Shown: positions 34,777 to 44,908 of the stretch, piece by piece
Position numbering within the stretch: the stretch's first letter is position 1
How the letters are laid out: every line of letters begins with the position of its first letter
Source: Tolypothrix carrinoi HA7290-LM1
GTDB lineage: Bacteria > Cyanobacteriota > Cyanobacteriia > Cyanobacteriales > Nostocaceae
Direction: 5' to 3'
Assembly (NCBI GenBank): GCA_019358935.1
Contig: JAHHIK010000017.1
Span: 1 to 64,000, forward strand
Length of the DNA: 64,000 bases
Made by a program: the position numbers and the translations under genes
Notes under the pieces: model-generated
The model's input: the letters and a program-made list of their open reading frames with translations, nothing else
Told to the model about the DNA's origin: nothing
The model's database searches: none

Positions 34777-35997
34777 TCATGAGCGAATTTTCAATTTTGA
34801 ATTGGAATTTTGAATTTTTGATGGTGGGTTTCGCCAACGCAACAGCAATACACCGAAAGTGACAATTCCTACAAGCACTGTTGCTAATTTATTTGCCCAA
34901 GTTAATTGTAAAGAGCCGAGGTAATGGGAACCAATTAGCACAGTATGAATGCCACTAAAAAGCAAAGCTGGTAAGCTTAATAAATGAATTTGTCGCCAAC
35001 GCTTGCCTAAGGACTTTTGCAAAGAGTCAAAACTTGTCAAAGCTGCGGGAGTCATCAATATCAGTGCTACAGCACCTATAGCTATACCCCACTGAAAATC
35101 AGGTGGCAAAAAGAAGAAAGCGGCAAAATTCCATTGCAGTGTGTGTTCTATCATGTGGACTGTGTGAGCCAAAGACAAAACAAAAGCCCCTACTCCCAAA
35201 GCACGACGGTAACGCATGGGTGCTGCCCATAAGCTGCTAATCGGACGGGCAATTAATGCCATTATTAAGCATATCAAGGCAGCGTGTCCGGTGTAGTCTA
35301 CCATTGTGTTGCCAGTCCGCAACAGAGTAATAGCACCAATGGCGAGAGTAACCCAACCACCTAAGCGAAATAGCTGACTGCGTTTGTCTTGACTTACCAA
35401 AGATGCAGACACACCTACACCTAACATCATGGGTAAAGTTCCCAAACCAAAAGCCAGCATAGTTGCTGCCCCCATCCACAAATTACCAGTTTCCGCAGCT
35501 TTAATTTGGGCAGCATACAAAAAACCACAAGGCATCAAACCCCATGTCATGCCTAAAAGTGCTGGTGTCCACCATCTTGATTTTAAAGAAAGTTTGACCA
35601 TTTCTTTATTTAGGCGATCGCGTAATTTACCCTGCAACAAAGGATGTAACATCGGTATACGCGGCAATAAGTCGGGTTTTATTTGTCTTAACCCAAACCA
35701 TATCAGCATCAACCCGGTGATAATTGCCATCCATCGGCGTAAATCGCTACCCACTCCCGCAAATTTTCCACTAGCGAGCAACACCGAACCCAGCGCCCCA
35801 ATGCCCGCACCTACTAAGGCATAACTCAACATCCGCCCCAAGTTCAGCAATGTATGAAATTTTAATTGCTGTCGCCAATTAAGAGTTTCTTGTTTATTAG
35901 ATAGGGAAAATGCCACCGATAAAGGACCGCACATCCCCACGCAATGACCAAAACTCCCCAGGAATCCTAAAACGACAATGAGCAACAAATCTAGCAT
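34777..35997 (-). CDS. TauE/SafE (DsbD_2-like) membrane protein fused to a ferric-reductase-like TM domain
   Basis: GHCVGMCGP, GLMPCG, RRALGV..F...HT, LGKRWRQIH. Confidence 0.8.
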   Translation of the reverse strand: MLDLLLIVVLGFLGSFGHCVGMCGPLSVAFSLSNKQETLNWRQQLKFHTLLNLGRMLSYALVGAGIGALGSVLLASGKFAGVGSDLRRWMAIITGLMLIWFGLRQIKPDLLPRIPMLHPLLQGKLRDRLNKEMVKLSLKSRWWTPALLGMTWGLMPCGFLYAAQIKAAETGNLWMGAATMLAFGLGTLPMMLGVGVSASLVSQDKRSQLFRLGGWVTLAIGAITLLRTGNTMVDYTGHAALICLIMALIARPISSLWAAPMRYRRALGVGAFVLSLAHTVHMIEHTLQWNFAAFFFLPPDFQWGIAIGAVALILMTPAALTSFDSLQKSLGKRWRQIHLLSLPALLFSGIHTVLIGSHYLGSLQLTWANKLATVLVGIVTFGVLLLRWRNPPSKIQNSNSKLKIRS

Positions 35998-36176
35998 TTT
36001 GATAGTGGTTAGTTGTTATTGGTTAGTTGATAGTGGTTGGTTGTTGGTTGATAGTGGTTAGTTGATAGTAGGAGCGTTGTTAGTGGGGCAATTAACAATT
36101 AACCTTTAACAATACTTAATCGCTTGTCAAAAGACGAGGCGTCAAACTTGCTTGGGAATGAGCGCAATTGTTGTAA

Positions 36177-36204
36177 GTAGCGGTAATTCATGAATTACCG
36201 CTAC
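36177..36204. repeat. GTAG-type REP palindrome
   Basis: GTAGCGGTAATTCATGAATTACCGCTAC. Confidence 0.8.
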
Positions 36205-36246
36205 GCTATCCTATGTCAAAAGACAAGGGAATAAGGAAGAGATTTT

Positions 36247-37266
36247 ATGAAAAAATGGATTTGGCTGCTGCTGGTGCTGTTTGTGGCAGTTGTAGTGATG
36301 GGTATTGGCGTGTTTTTTCACCCCAAAGAAGAGACACCAGTTGTTGCAACTACGCGAGTGGAAATATCCCAAAAGTTATCAAAGCAGGTGACGATCGCTC
36401 CCCAAGTATCTGCTGACAGGTTATTTGCTCACATTCAAAAGTTGAATTTTAAGCGCTTCACAGATGTAGAGCGATCGCGTTCTCGTAGTTACATTACATC
36501 TGAACTGAAAAAGTTAGGCTGGAAACCAACGTTAGAAAAATTCTCCTCTGGTGTGAATATCTTTGCAGAACGCCAAGGAACTGACAACACAGCAGGAGCA
36601 ATTCTCGTTGCCGCACATTACGATACCGTTGCTATCTCTCCTGGTGCTGATGACAACGCTAGTGGTGTGGCTGTGGTGCTGGAAGTTGCTAGACTTCTCG
36701 GTTCGCGTCCGACTCCCAGAACATTACAGCTAGCATTGTTTGACAAGGAAGAAGAGGGACTTCTGGGTAGTAAGGCTTTTGTCACAAACGTGACACACTT
36801 GGCAAATCTGCGCGGTGCGATCATTATGGATATGGTAGGTTATGCTTGCTACACTGCCGGATGTCAGCAGTATCCACCGGGTTTACCTGTTAGTCCACCC
36901 AGCGACAAGGGCGATTTTTTGGCAGCGATCGGCGATGCAGAACACTTGCCTTTACTTAATGCTTTTCAAAACTCACAGTTACCACCAAGTCCTATAAAAA
37001 AGGGGGATGTGAAAATGCCAGCATTGCTAAAGCTGGCAGTTCCCCTTAAAGGCTGGCTAACACCGGATACGCTACGCAGCGATCATGCACCATTTTGGTT
37101 TCAGGGAGTGGGTGCAGTGTTAGTGACAGATACCGCAAATTTACGTACTCCGCACTACCACCAAGCTAGCGATACACCGAAAACAATCGAGCGATCGTTT
37201 TTCACAGGTTCGGCGCAGATTGTGGTGAATGCTACTACTGTGCTGTTAGGCGATCGCACGTTTTGA
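36247..37266 (+). CDS. M28 family peptidase, membrane anchored
   Basis: AHYDT, GADDNASG, EEEGLLGS, DMVG, SDH, YH. Confidence 0.9.
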   Translation: MKKWIWLLLVLFVAVVVMGIGVFFHPKEETPVVATTRVEISQKLSKQVTIAPQVSADRLFAHIQKLNFKRFTDVERSRSRSYITSELKKLGWKPTLEKFSSGVNIFAERQGTDNTAGAILVAAHYDTVAISPGADDNASGVAVVLEVARLLGSRPTPRTLQLALFDKEEEGLLGSKAFVTNVTHLANLRGAIIMDMVGYACYTAGCQQYPPGLPVSPPSDKGDFLAAIGDAEHLPLLNAFQNSQLPPSPIKKGDVKMPALLKLAVPLKGWLTPDTLRSDHAPFWFQGVGAVLVTDTANLRTPHYHQASDTPKTIERSFFTGSAQIVVNATTVLLGDRTF

Positions 37267-37635
37267 TACTCCTTGATGAAATTTAGAACTTTCAAAGCCT
37301 TATTGTGCGGTATTAAATTGCTGTATGCTATCGCTCTTCGGGTTGGAGGTATAGCGATCGCTTGCTGCTGGCTAACAGAAATTATACCCGTCTTAACACC
37401 CCTCCTTTTTCGCAATTCCCTTGCACCGCATTGGCTCCAAAGAAGTGTCTACTCGTACCAATTTCTGACATTACACGAAAATGCCCTTACGTGTAATTGC
37501 ATTTTGGAGACAAAATATATGTAGATAGAGTTGCCAAGACTGAGGATCTCTCCTTCTCATAAATGAATGGATGATTCCTAAACAGTGCAGCAACGCCTTG
37601 TTAGCCCTCATATGAACTTCTATCAAAACGTACCT

Positions 37636-39003
37636 CTAATTCACTCTAGTTGCCATACGCTCTCCTCCACCCCGATCTAGTTCACCTTGATGTAAGATTA
37701 CACCTGATGCCTTGCCTGTCTCATCTACTAAGAATGTGCGTTGAGCGTTTATCACCTTCAAAAAAAACTTTGTTGAGGACTCCGGAAACATTTCAACTCG
37801 TTCAAGTCCAGCCCATTGAGTAAAAATGCGATTAGACTCTTTTGTAACGGTCATGACCAATCCTGACTCTAGCTCATATTGCCCTATGTAGGCATCATAA
37901 ATGGCAGGATCAAGTTCAATCACTTGCCGTTGCTTAGGCAGATCGTAAGGTTCACCAAACAAAATGGCAGCTAAATCATTCGCAATAGGTACAACTGGTG
38001 CTACTACTGCTGCGTCAATGTTAGTAAGCACAATAATAGAAATTTGCTCATCTGGATATCTAGCAATGCGAGTGCTGAAGCCATCAATCCCGCCACCAGT
38101 GTACAGAAGTTTGCGTTCTAAGTGGGTACATATAATTCCGCCATAACCGTGGTAAGCTCCTTTGCCGTCTTCTTTTTCAAGAATCACGACCTTTGGTGTA
38201 AACATCATTTCTCTGAAGTTGGCGCTCAATACTGCATCGGTATAAAGCCCTTGTTCCCACTTATAAAGATCTTCAATCGTTGAGTACATTCCTCCAGCAC
38301 CCGATGGCCATGACATATCGACAAAATCTGCATTTTGATAGGCAACACCAGAGAAAACATAGCCCGAAGCTCGATGGGGCAAAATCGCCTCTTGCCGATC
38401 ATAGCCTGAGTCAACCATTCCTAAAGGCTCAAGAATCTGGTGTTGCAGATAATCGGCGTAGGAGTGAGCGGAGACTGTTTCAATAATCTTGGTGAGTACC
38501 ACGTAGCCAGAGTTGGTGTAGCGGTAGCGTTCACCTGGCGTAAACTCTAGTGGTTTACCACTAAACCGGGCAATCAAATCATCCAAGGTAACCTTGATTT
38601 TTGTTATCTGCTCGAAGTTATCAAGTTCATTGAAGTTAGGAATCCCTGAAGTGTGGTTGAGGAGTTGATGGATGGTAATTTGCTCACCGTTAGGGTAGTC
38701 GGGCAAATAAGTTGAAATCTTTTGATGCACCGATAGCAAACCTTGCTCCTGAAGTTGCAGAATTGCTGTCGCGGTGAACTGCTTGGTAATGGAACCGATG
38801 CGAAACTTTGTCAGAGGTGTATTGGGAACATCATGTTCCAGGTTAGCCATGCCGTAGCCTGCACTCAACAGTACTTCACCTGCACGGGCAACCAATACCG
38901 ATCCCATAAAGTAGCGATTTGCCAGACATGCTTGTAGATAAGCTGTCATCTCGTCTGCAATAGTTTGATTACTAGAGGGTGACTGACTTACTTGCTCGAC
39001 CAT
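37636..39003 (-). CDS. Serine hydrolase (class C beta-lactamase family) with DUF3471-type C-domain
   Basis: GSITK (SxxK), LLNHTSG, YTN; C-terminal Y.G.Y domain. Confidence 0.88.
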   Translation of the reverse strand: MVEQVSQSPSSNQTIADEMTAYLQACLANRYFMGSVLVARAGEVLLSAGYGMANLEHDVPNTPLTKFRIGSITKQFTATAILQLQEQGLLSVHQKISTYLPDYPNGEQITIHQLLNHTSGIPNFNELDNFEQITKIKVTLDDLIARFSGKPLEFTPGERYRYTNSGYVVLTKIIETVSAHSYADYLQHQILEPLGMVDSGYDRQEAILPHRASGYVFSGVAYQNADFVDMSWPSGAGGMYSTIEDLYKWEQGLYTDAVLSANFREMMFTPKVVILEKEDGKGAYHGYGGIICTHLERKLLYTGGGIDGFSTRIARYPDEQISIIVLTNIDAAVVAPVVPIANDLAAILFGEPYDLPKQRQVIELDPAIYDAYIGQYELESGLVMTVTKESNRIFTQWAGLERVEMFPESSTKFFLKVINAQRTFLVDETGKASGVILHQGELDRGGGERMATRVN

Positions 39004-39328
39004 GAAGACTCACGCCCGATTACGACCTAAATATTATATCCGTCTACGTAAAAACTAAAAAGATTATGACTAGCATTTGCGCTCCTTACCAGGTTAAGGA
39101 GCGTAGGGCACGAAAGAGCCATTTCGTATAATGGACGTTACGATCGCAATGCTTGCTCACCAAATGTCAAACGAGTTATGAGAAGAACTGTTCTCATTAG
39201 TGGTTTTGTAGCTTTACCCGTCTGTTAATATTGCAATCATTCGTCAAATTTTCTTTCTTCATATTTAAAATCTGCAACGCCCTAAACTTCGCTGCTGTGT
39301 CCCCACCTTATATTTGCCCGTGTCCGAT

Positions 39329-39961
39329 TCATTGAGGAGTAACCAGTGGTGAAGTCTCGTTCCATCTGCCGGAGAAAACAAAATTTTCTAACGGCTTACG
39401 AGTGCGCGGGGCTAAGGTTCGTTGCAACAGTTTTTCAGATAGGGTTTGCGGATCTCCTATATAACCTAGTGCGATCGCTGCCACTGGCTCATAACCTTCA
39501 GGAATGCTGTACAGCGATCGCGATAAAGGTACATCAAATCCCGCCATTTGGTGAATAAATAGCCCCAATGCCGTTGCTTGCATCGCTAGTTGAGCTGCTG
39601 CTGCCCCAACATCATGAAAAGCGTGTCGATTTTCCACGCCGTTGCGCTCAAACTGTAGCTTCGCCACTGATAGCATTAATACTGGGGCAGTCTTTGCCCA
39701 CTCTTGATTACCTTCTGCTAAACAGCTTAATAAACGGTCAAATTCAGCCTGGTTATCCTTAGTTGCAACGATAAAACTCCACGGCTGCTCGTTGTAAGAA
39801 GAAGCCGCCCATCGTGCAGCTTCTAACACACTGCGTAATTTTTCTGGTTCAACCGATTTTTCTGAAAAAGCTAGAGGACTCCAGCGTGTTGATAACAAAT
39901 CATCAATCGGATATTGAGTATCAGATGATTTGTTGACTCCAAGATTATCAAGTGTTGTCAT
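39329..39961 (-). CDS. Nitroreductase family protein
   Basis: RWSPLAF, AASSYNEQPW, HQMAGFD. Confidence 0.9.
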   Translation of the reverse strand: MTTLDNLGVNKSSDTQYPIDDLLSTRWSPLAFSEKSVEPEKLRSVLEAARWAASSYNEQPWSFIVATKDNQAEFDRLLSCLAEGNQEWAKTAPVLMLSVAKLQFERNGVENRHAFHDVGAAAAQLAMQATALGLFIHQMAGFDVPLSRSLYSIPEGYEPVAAIALGYIGDPQTLSEKLLQRTLAPRTRKPLENFVFSGRWNETSPLVTPQ

Positions 39962-39971
39962 TGTTTTGTCC

Positions 39972-40784
39972 TCACGTTTCTAGCTTGCGACCAACCATAT
40001 ACCACAAACCCACGGCATAGGGAATGTAACTGAGTTCTGTAAAACCTGCTTTCGCAAACTCATACTCGAAGTTGAAATGGATAAAGTCATCCAACCACGG
40101 TTCTTCAAAAGAAGCGCTCAAAGCGTATTCACCACGAAAGGTGTCAGCGTATAGTACCCAACCTCCGGGTTTGGTAATCCGGTACATCTCCTTAAGAATC
40201 TTAGGTGTCCACTCTTTAGGTGTCTCGTGAAAGAGTAGTGATGACGTGACAAGATCGAAGGAGTTGTCAGGGTAGCCAGTGTGACGGGCATCCACCTGCT
40301 CGAACTTAGCCCGCTCGCTAAATCCAGCCTTGTTAAACTTGTGCTGGCTAATCACCAGCATGTAAGGCGAAACATCAGTAACGCGAAAAGTGGCTTGTGG
40401 AAACCGCCGTGCCAGAGCCAGCGCTCCTTCAGCCGTACCTGCACCAAGCTCTAGCACCGTATCAATTTGAGTGTCTTGAGGAATTAGTTCAGCCATTTTC
40501 TCGCGCAAAGAATGGCAACTAACATTGTGGCTGAGGGGAATAATAACATCCATAGCAGCATCCCAGCCTAAACACATCTGAGGGTTAGTGTAGCCATCAG
40601 TTACGCCATGAATGGGAGCGTGGATGTAGTCAGGGTAATATTCATGGTCGGTACGGTAGCCTTTGAGTTCCTCTGCCCAATTAATTGAGGCATATTCCTG
40701 CATTACTGAGGGCATCGCTGCGTTAATACGTCGAATCACCTCGGTTCGATACGCTTGTTTGTCCTGTGCGGTCTTTCTCGGCAT
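39972..40784 (-). CDS. Class I SAM-dependent methyltransferase
   Basis: VLELGAGT, DVSPYML, FDLVTSSLLFHE, KPGG. Confidence 0.88.
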   Translation of the reverse strand: MPRKTAQDKQAYRTEVIRRINAAMPSVMQEYASINWAEELKGYRTDHEYYPDYIHAPIHGVTDGYTNPQMCLGWDAAMDVIIPLSHNVSCHSLREKMAELIPQDTQIDTVLELGAGTAEGALALARRFPQATFRVTDVSPYMLVISQHKFNKAGFSERAKFEQVDARHTGYPDNSFDLVTSSLLFHETPKEWTPKILKEMYRITKPGGWVLYADTFRGEYALSASFEEPWLDDFIHFNFEYEFAKAGFTELSYIPYAVGLWYMVGRKLET

Positions 40785-40990
40785 AAATGAACATCTCCTA
40801 CTTACACTGGTTGCTTAGTTCCGTTGACTCCAGGAGTGGGAACAAGAAATAAACTGCATTCTCCAATATAGTTTAGTATCTTTTTTGTATGAGATGCTCC
40901 CGGATGCTTGGCAGACTGTTAGTCGTGAAGATGATGCCACACATGGATGCGTAGTTTCCCCAACTTTGGGTCTAGTAAGATGCGTAAGTC

Positions 40991-41578
40991 CTACATTATT
41001 TGTAATTGCTCGTAATCATCGGGCGTATCAATATCAATCTTCCCTTGCAAGAAAGGAATAGAAGTAACTTGGTTGATGTATTTCTTTATTATCTGCTTGG
41101 CACCTTCCCCTTGTTTAAGGTTCGTCAGTTTTGAAAAAAAAGTATGGTGAAATAAAGCTGGTACGCCTAATGTGTCTGCATATTCGCAAGCAACGATCGC
41201 TTTATCTGTCAAACGATATGCTTCTACAAGTTGATTGATAACTTGCACAGAAACAAAAGGCTGATCGCAAAGTGCAATCACTACTGCTTCTACATTTTGC
41301 CCCAAAGCCTTTACACCAGCTTGAATTGAAGAACTCATCCCCGAAGCCCATTGAAGATTTTCTACAATTTGCACGGGTAGTTGACAAATCTCCGGTTTTA
41401 TGATTTCAGCATTTGCCCCAAGTACGACGATGACGGGTTGGTTTTTGGAGGCGATCGCTACTTCTGTTATATGACGAAGCAAGCTGCTTTTATGATACGG
41501 TAACAATTGTTTTGGTTTGCCCATGCGCGTTGATGCACCCGCTGCAAGGATGATGATGCCAATAGTGGGGTTTGTCAT
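40991..41578 (-). CDS. mocA: Molybdenum cofactor cytidylyltransferase-like nucleotidyltransferase (MocA/YgfJ)
   Basis: LAAGASTRMGKPKQLL, GMSSS, LCDQP, GVPALF, DIDTP. Confidence 0.8.
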   Translation of the reverse strand: MTNPTIGIIILAAGASTRMGKPKQLLPYHKSSLLRHITEVAIASKNQPVIVVLGANAEIIKPEICQLPVQIVENLQWASGMSSSIQAGVKALGQNVEAVVIALCDQPFVSVQVINQLVEAYRLTDKAIVACEYADTLGVPALFHHTFFSKLTNLKQGEGAKQIIKKYINQVTSIPFLQGKIDIDTPDDYEQLQIM

Positions 41579-41662
41579 CTTGAATGCCAAAAGATTAAAT
41601 ATAACTTCGTAGTCAGCGCTTCAGCGCTGAAGCGCTAACTACAACGAGATGCAAAATCACAC

Positions 41663-41714
41663 TTGACATTTAAGCGAATGCTTAATTAATATTATATTTA
41701 AGCTAATACTTAAA
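41663..41714 (+). promoter_or_regulatory. Promoter with two palindromic operators (probable ArsR autoregulation)
   Basis: TTGACA at 41663 and TAATAT at 41687; TTAAGC-GAAT-GCTTAA (41670-41685) and TTTAAG-CTAATA-CTTAAA (41697-41714). Confidence 0.65.
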
Positions 41715-41764
41715 TAACGAGGAAAACATCTGGAAGCTTGGTACACGAAGCATCGAAAATCGGT

Positions 41765-42088
41765 ATGAGTAGACATGCTGCCAGTGCGGATATATTTATG
41801 GCGATCGCCGATCCTACTCGACGAGCGTTATTAGATCAATTGCGTAGTGGTGAGCAACCCGTCAAAGAGTTGGCTGAACCATTTGCCATGAGCTTACCAG
41901 CCATATCTCAGCACTTGCAGATACTTTGTGAAGCTGGCTTAGTCCAAATGCGGAAAGCAGGACGACAGCGTTTGTATCGGCTCAACCCGGAACCACTAAA
42001 GCAGATATCTGACTGGATTGCCCATTACGAGCATTTCTGGCAAGAAAAACTCAATGCCCTTGGCACCTATCTGGAGGAGGAATCATGA
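41765..42088 (+). CDS. ArsR/SmtB-family regulator
   Basis: F.AIADPTRR, SLPAISQHL..L..AGLV, GR.R.Y. Confidence 0.92.
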   Translation: MSRHAASADIFMAIADPTRRALLDQLRSGEQPVKELAEPFAMSLPAISQHLQILCEAGLVQMRKAGRQRLYRLNPEPLKQISDWIAHYEHFWQEKLNALGTYLEEES

Positions 42089-42654
42089 TTGGATTGAATA
42101 TGGAAGTTTTCTACGCATATCCACCGCAACGAGTTTGGCAAGTAATTACTAACCGTCAAGCGCTGGCAGCGTGGCTGATGGAAAACGACTTTCAGCCGCG
42201 TGTCGGACACAAATTTCGATTTCAGCATTCGACACTACCAGGAATAGACGGAAGCATTGATTGCGAAGTAATTGAACTCGATGAACCAAAGCGGCTTTCT
42301 TACACTTGGCAAGACAAATTGATGCATCAGCCATCAATTGTTACTTGGACGCTAACACCTGTTGATGGCGGAACTCGACTACAACTAAAACATCAAGTAT
42401 TGCAGCATGAAACTATCAAATTAGATCAGCCACAGCATTCTGTGGAAACTTGGCAAAGTCAATTTACACACAAGTCAAATACAGTAACTCAGACATTATT
42501 AGCGCCTAGCAATCGCACTAGCTTATCTCAGTCAATAGCCGTCGGTAGATATGAGCTATTAAATAGCATAATTCTCGATTCCTTTTTGAATAATGGTTGG
42601 AACTACAAGCTAAAAGAAATACTACCACAAATCTTAAGTAATTCAAAACCGTAG
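42085..42654 (+). CDS. SRPBCC/AHSA1 (START-like) ligand-binding protein
   Basis: PPQRVW..IT, WLMENDF.P.VG, P.RLSYTW, V.WTL, GGTRL.L.H; ATGA overlap with ArsR. Confidence 0.85.
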   Translation: MIGLNMEVFYAYPPQRVWQVITNRQALAAWLMENDFQPRVGHKFRFQHSTLPGIDGSIDCEVIELDEPKRLSYTWQDKLMHQPSIVTWTLTPVDGGTRLQLKHQVLQHETIKLDQPQHSVETWQSQFTHKSNTVTQTLLAPSNRTSLSQSIAVGRYELLNSIILDSFLNNGWNYKLKEILPQILSNSKP

Positions 42655-42704
42655 TAAGCACAAAGCGTGCTTAAAAAACATTTCAATTTGGGGAGTTAGC
42701 AAAC

Positions 42705-43298
42705 ATGAACCTTCCTTATCAACTTGGTCTGGCAACTGTGATTTCGACAAAAGATAAAGAAAACAGCTTTGATATTTATTCGCGTTTGCTGGCAGAGCGA
42801 ATTATCTTTATTAAAGGCGAACTTACCGAAGAAACAGCTAACCTAATAGTTGCCCAAATGCTGTTTCTAGACCATGAAGATCCAGAAAAAGACATCACTT
42901 TATATATCAACAGTTCTGGAAGTTCAATAACGGCGGCAATGGCAGTTTATGATACTATGAGCCAAATTAGAACAGATGTATGTACGGTTTGTATTGGTAA
43001 TGCTTCTGCAATGGGAGCATTCTTGCTTTCCTCAGGAACTAAGGGTAAAAGATTAGCTTTGCCAAATGCGAGAATTACGATTCGTCAATTATCAGGAAGC
43101 AGCGAAGGAAAAGCGACTGATATTGAAGTAGCAGCGAAAGAAATTCTATATCTAAGAGAATCAGTTAATCGGATATTTGCTGCAAATACTGGTCAATCAA
43201 AAGAGCAAATTGATAGTGATTCGGAACGGGACTTTTTTATGAGTGCGGAAGAAGCACTCATTTACGGTTTAATTGACAGCATTATTAATAAAACATAG
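42705..43298 (+). CDS. ClpP-like protein lacking catalytic Ser and His
   Basis: FDIYSRLL.ERII, IVAQMLFL, ERDFFMSAEEA; GNASAMG replaces GxAASMG and ITIRQL replaces IMIHQP. Confidence 0.85.
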   Translation: MNLPYQLGLATVISTKDKENSFDIYSRLLAERIIFIKGELTEETANLIVAQMLFLDHEDPEKDITLYINSSGSSITAAMAVYDTMSQIRTDVCTVCIGNASAMGAFLLSSGTKGKRLALPNARITIRQLSGSSEGKATDIEVAAKEILYLRESVNRIFAANTGQSKEQIDSDSERDFFMSAEEALIYGLIDSIINKT

Positions 43299-43315
43299 TA
43301 AGTAAAAAGCGTTAT

Positions 43316-44056
43316 ATGAGTATTTTCTGTTTAGTTCACGGCTTCGGTCAAGGTGCGTGGTGTTGGGATCTGTTAATTCCCGAACTCGAAGCGCAAGGAC
43401 ACAAAGCTGTAGCGATGGATTTACCAATTGAAGATCCATCCGCTAGTTTGTCTGATTTTGCTGATGCAGTGCTGCAAGCGCTTCCTAAAGACGAAGACGA
43501 TATTATATTAGTTGGTCACTCAATGGCTGGTACTGTTATCCCGATTGTTGCCAGCAAGCGTCCTGTACGTAAACTTGTGTTCCTCGCTGCGCTGATTCCA
43601 TACCCAGGAACTAGTACGGTTGAACAGTTTTATGAAGATGTACCTGATATGATGAAGGCAGCAGGGTGCGATCGCCCAGAAGAAAGTAAGTTAGAAAAGT
43701 TCCGTGATGAACCTGATATGTACGAACCTGCTTCTCTGGGGAAAAATCCTTCAGAAAGCGAAGCAGTAGCAATGGAGTTTTTCTTTCACGACTGTGAACC
43801 AGATATAGCACGTTGGGCAGTTTCCCAAATGCGACAGCAGAAATCAATGGCATATGCTTTTGAGGTCAGTCCCCTACAAGCTTTGCCTGATGTAGAGTGC
43901 GCGTATATTGTCTGCGTTGATGAGCGGATACTTTCTCCTGCATGGTCGCGTTATGCTGCACGCAAGCGCTTGGGAGTTGATGCGATAGAATTACCTGGGG
44001 GACATTGCCCGCATTTGTCTCGTCCGGCACACCTTGCATCAGTATTGTGTAGATAG
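43316..44056 (+). CDS. Alpha/beta hydrolase (methylesterase-like)
   Basis: LVHGFGQGAWCW, GHSMAG, GGHCPHLSRP. Confidence 0.9.
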   Translation: MSIFCLVHGFGQGAWCWDLLIPELEAQGHKAVAMDLPIEDPSASLSDFADAVLQALPKDEDDIILVGHSMAGTVIPIVASKRPVRKLVFLAALIPYPGTSTVEQFYEDVPDMMKAAGCDRPEESKLEKFRDEPDMYEPASLGKNPSESEAVAMEFFFHDCEPDIARWAVSQMRQQKSMAYAFEVSPLQALPDVECAYIVCVDERILSPAWSRYAARKRLGVDAIELPGGHCPHLSRPAHLASVLCR

Positions 44057-44119
44057 AAAATGGGATTTTTGTAATTGAGTTAGGACTTACGCAAAAGTCG
44101 TCGTCACCATTGAATTTAT

Positions 44120-44147
44120 GTAGGGGCAATTCATGAATTGCCCCTAC
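44120..44147. repeat. GTAG-type REP palindrome
   Basis: GTAGGGGCAATTCATGAATTGCCCCTAC. Confidence 0.8.
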
Positions 44148-44347
44148 TCATTCCTATGAGTAATAAAAACACCTCCAAGTCACGACTCGGAGGTTTCCTG
44201 CGTTCAGAACTTCGGTGGAATGTCTCTACAATATGTGTGATTTGCGCTCCCATGATATAAGTTGAATATAGGCGATCGCTAACTTTTATTTTGCACGAGG
44301 CAATTTTAATTGCCAAAATGTGAACACAAATACTTTCTCTTCAGTTT

Positions 44348-44800
44348 ATGCGTCGCTTCGTTACTTATATTATAATTTTCCTACTTTCGCTCTCGTTTAT
44401 TACACTGTGGATGCCGTTAGATGATACTGCTTGTAATGCAGAACCTTTTATGTCATCAAAAAGGCAAAAATTTCAAGTACATGCTACTAAAGTTATTGTT
44501 GAACCGTGGCTTGGCGAACACCACGTATATGGTATATTTATGGTTCCAGATAAATACAAGGAACCGCCATTCTTTATTTTAACAGTTAAACATCTTGGCA
44601 GCTTCTGCGAAAAGCCTTTTGGCAATAGTCAATTCTATGATGATATTTTGGCGGAACCGGGAACGCATCTCATTAGAGATTACATCAGAACTCGACTGGC
44701 TCTGCGATTAATTATCCAAGGAAAGTATTTCCAACTCAATGATAAATATAACTGGAGTTTGACTTATCCGGAAGATAATTCTGCTAAGGTTAATAATTGA
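44348..44800 (+). CDS. Hypothetical protein with N-terminal TM
   Basis: 150-aa ORF. Confidence 0.65.
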   Translation: MRRFVTYIIIFLLSLSFITLWMPLDDTACNAEPFMSSKRQKFQVHATKVIVEPWLGEHHVYGIFMVPDKYKEPPFFILTVKHLGSFCEKPFGNSQFYDDILAEPGTHLIRDYIRTRLALRLIIQGKYFQLNDKYNWSLTYPEDNSAKVNN

Positions 44801-44908
44801 CTGTAGAAATGCTTTGTGCGTGTACTTGATAAAAATATCACAACAATTCTTCAAGTTGGAAAAAGTTTTGGAACCGACCAAAATACAATATTTAATCGGC
44901 ATGACATG

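Noticed and set aside
37273..37524. 83-aa ORF or possible IS remnant
   Set aside because: No recognisable transposase motif or terminal repeats; cannot be supported.
37636..40784. Possible biosynthetic cluster (serine hydrolase, nitroreductase, methyltransferase)
   Set aside because: No scaffold-forming enzyme or precursor peptide is visible.
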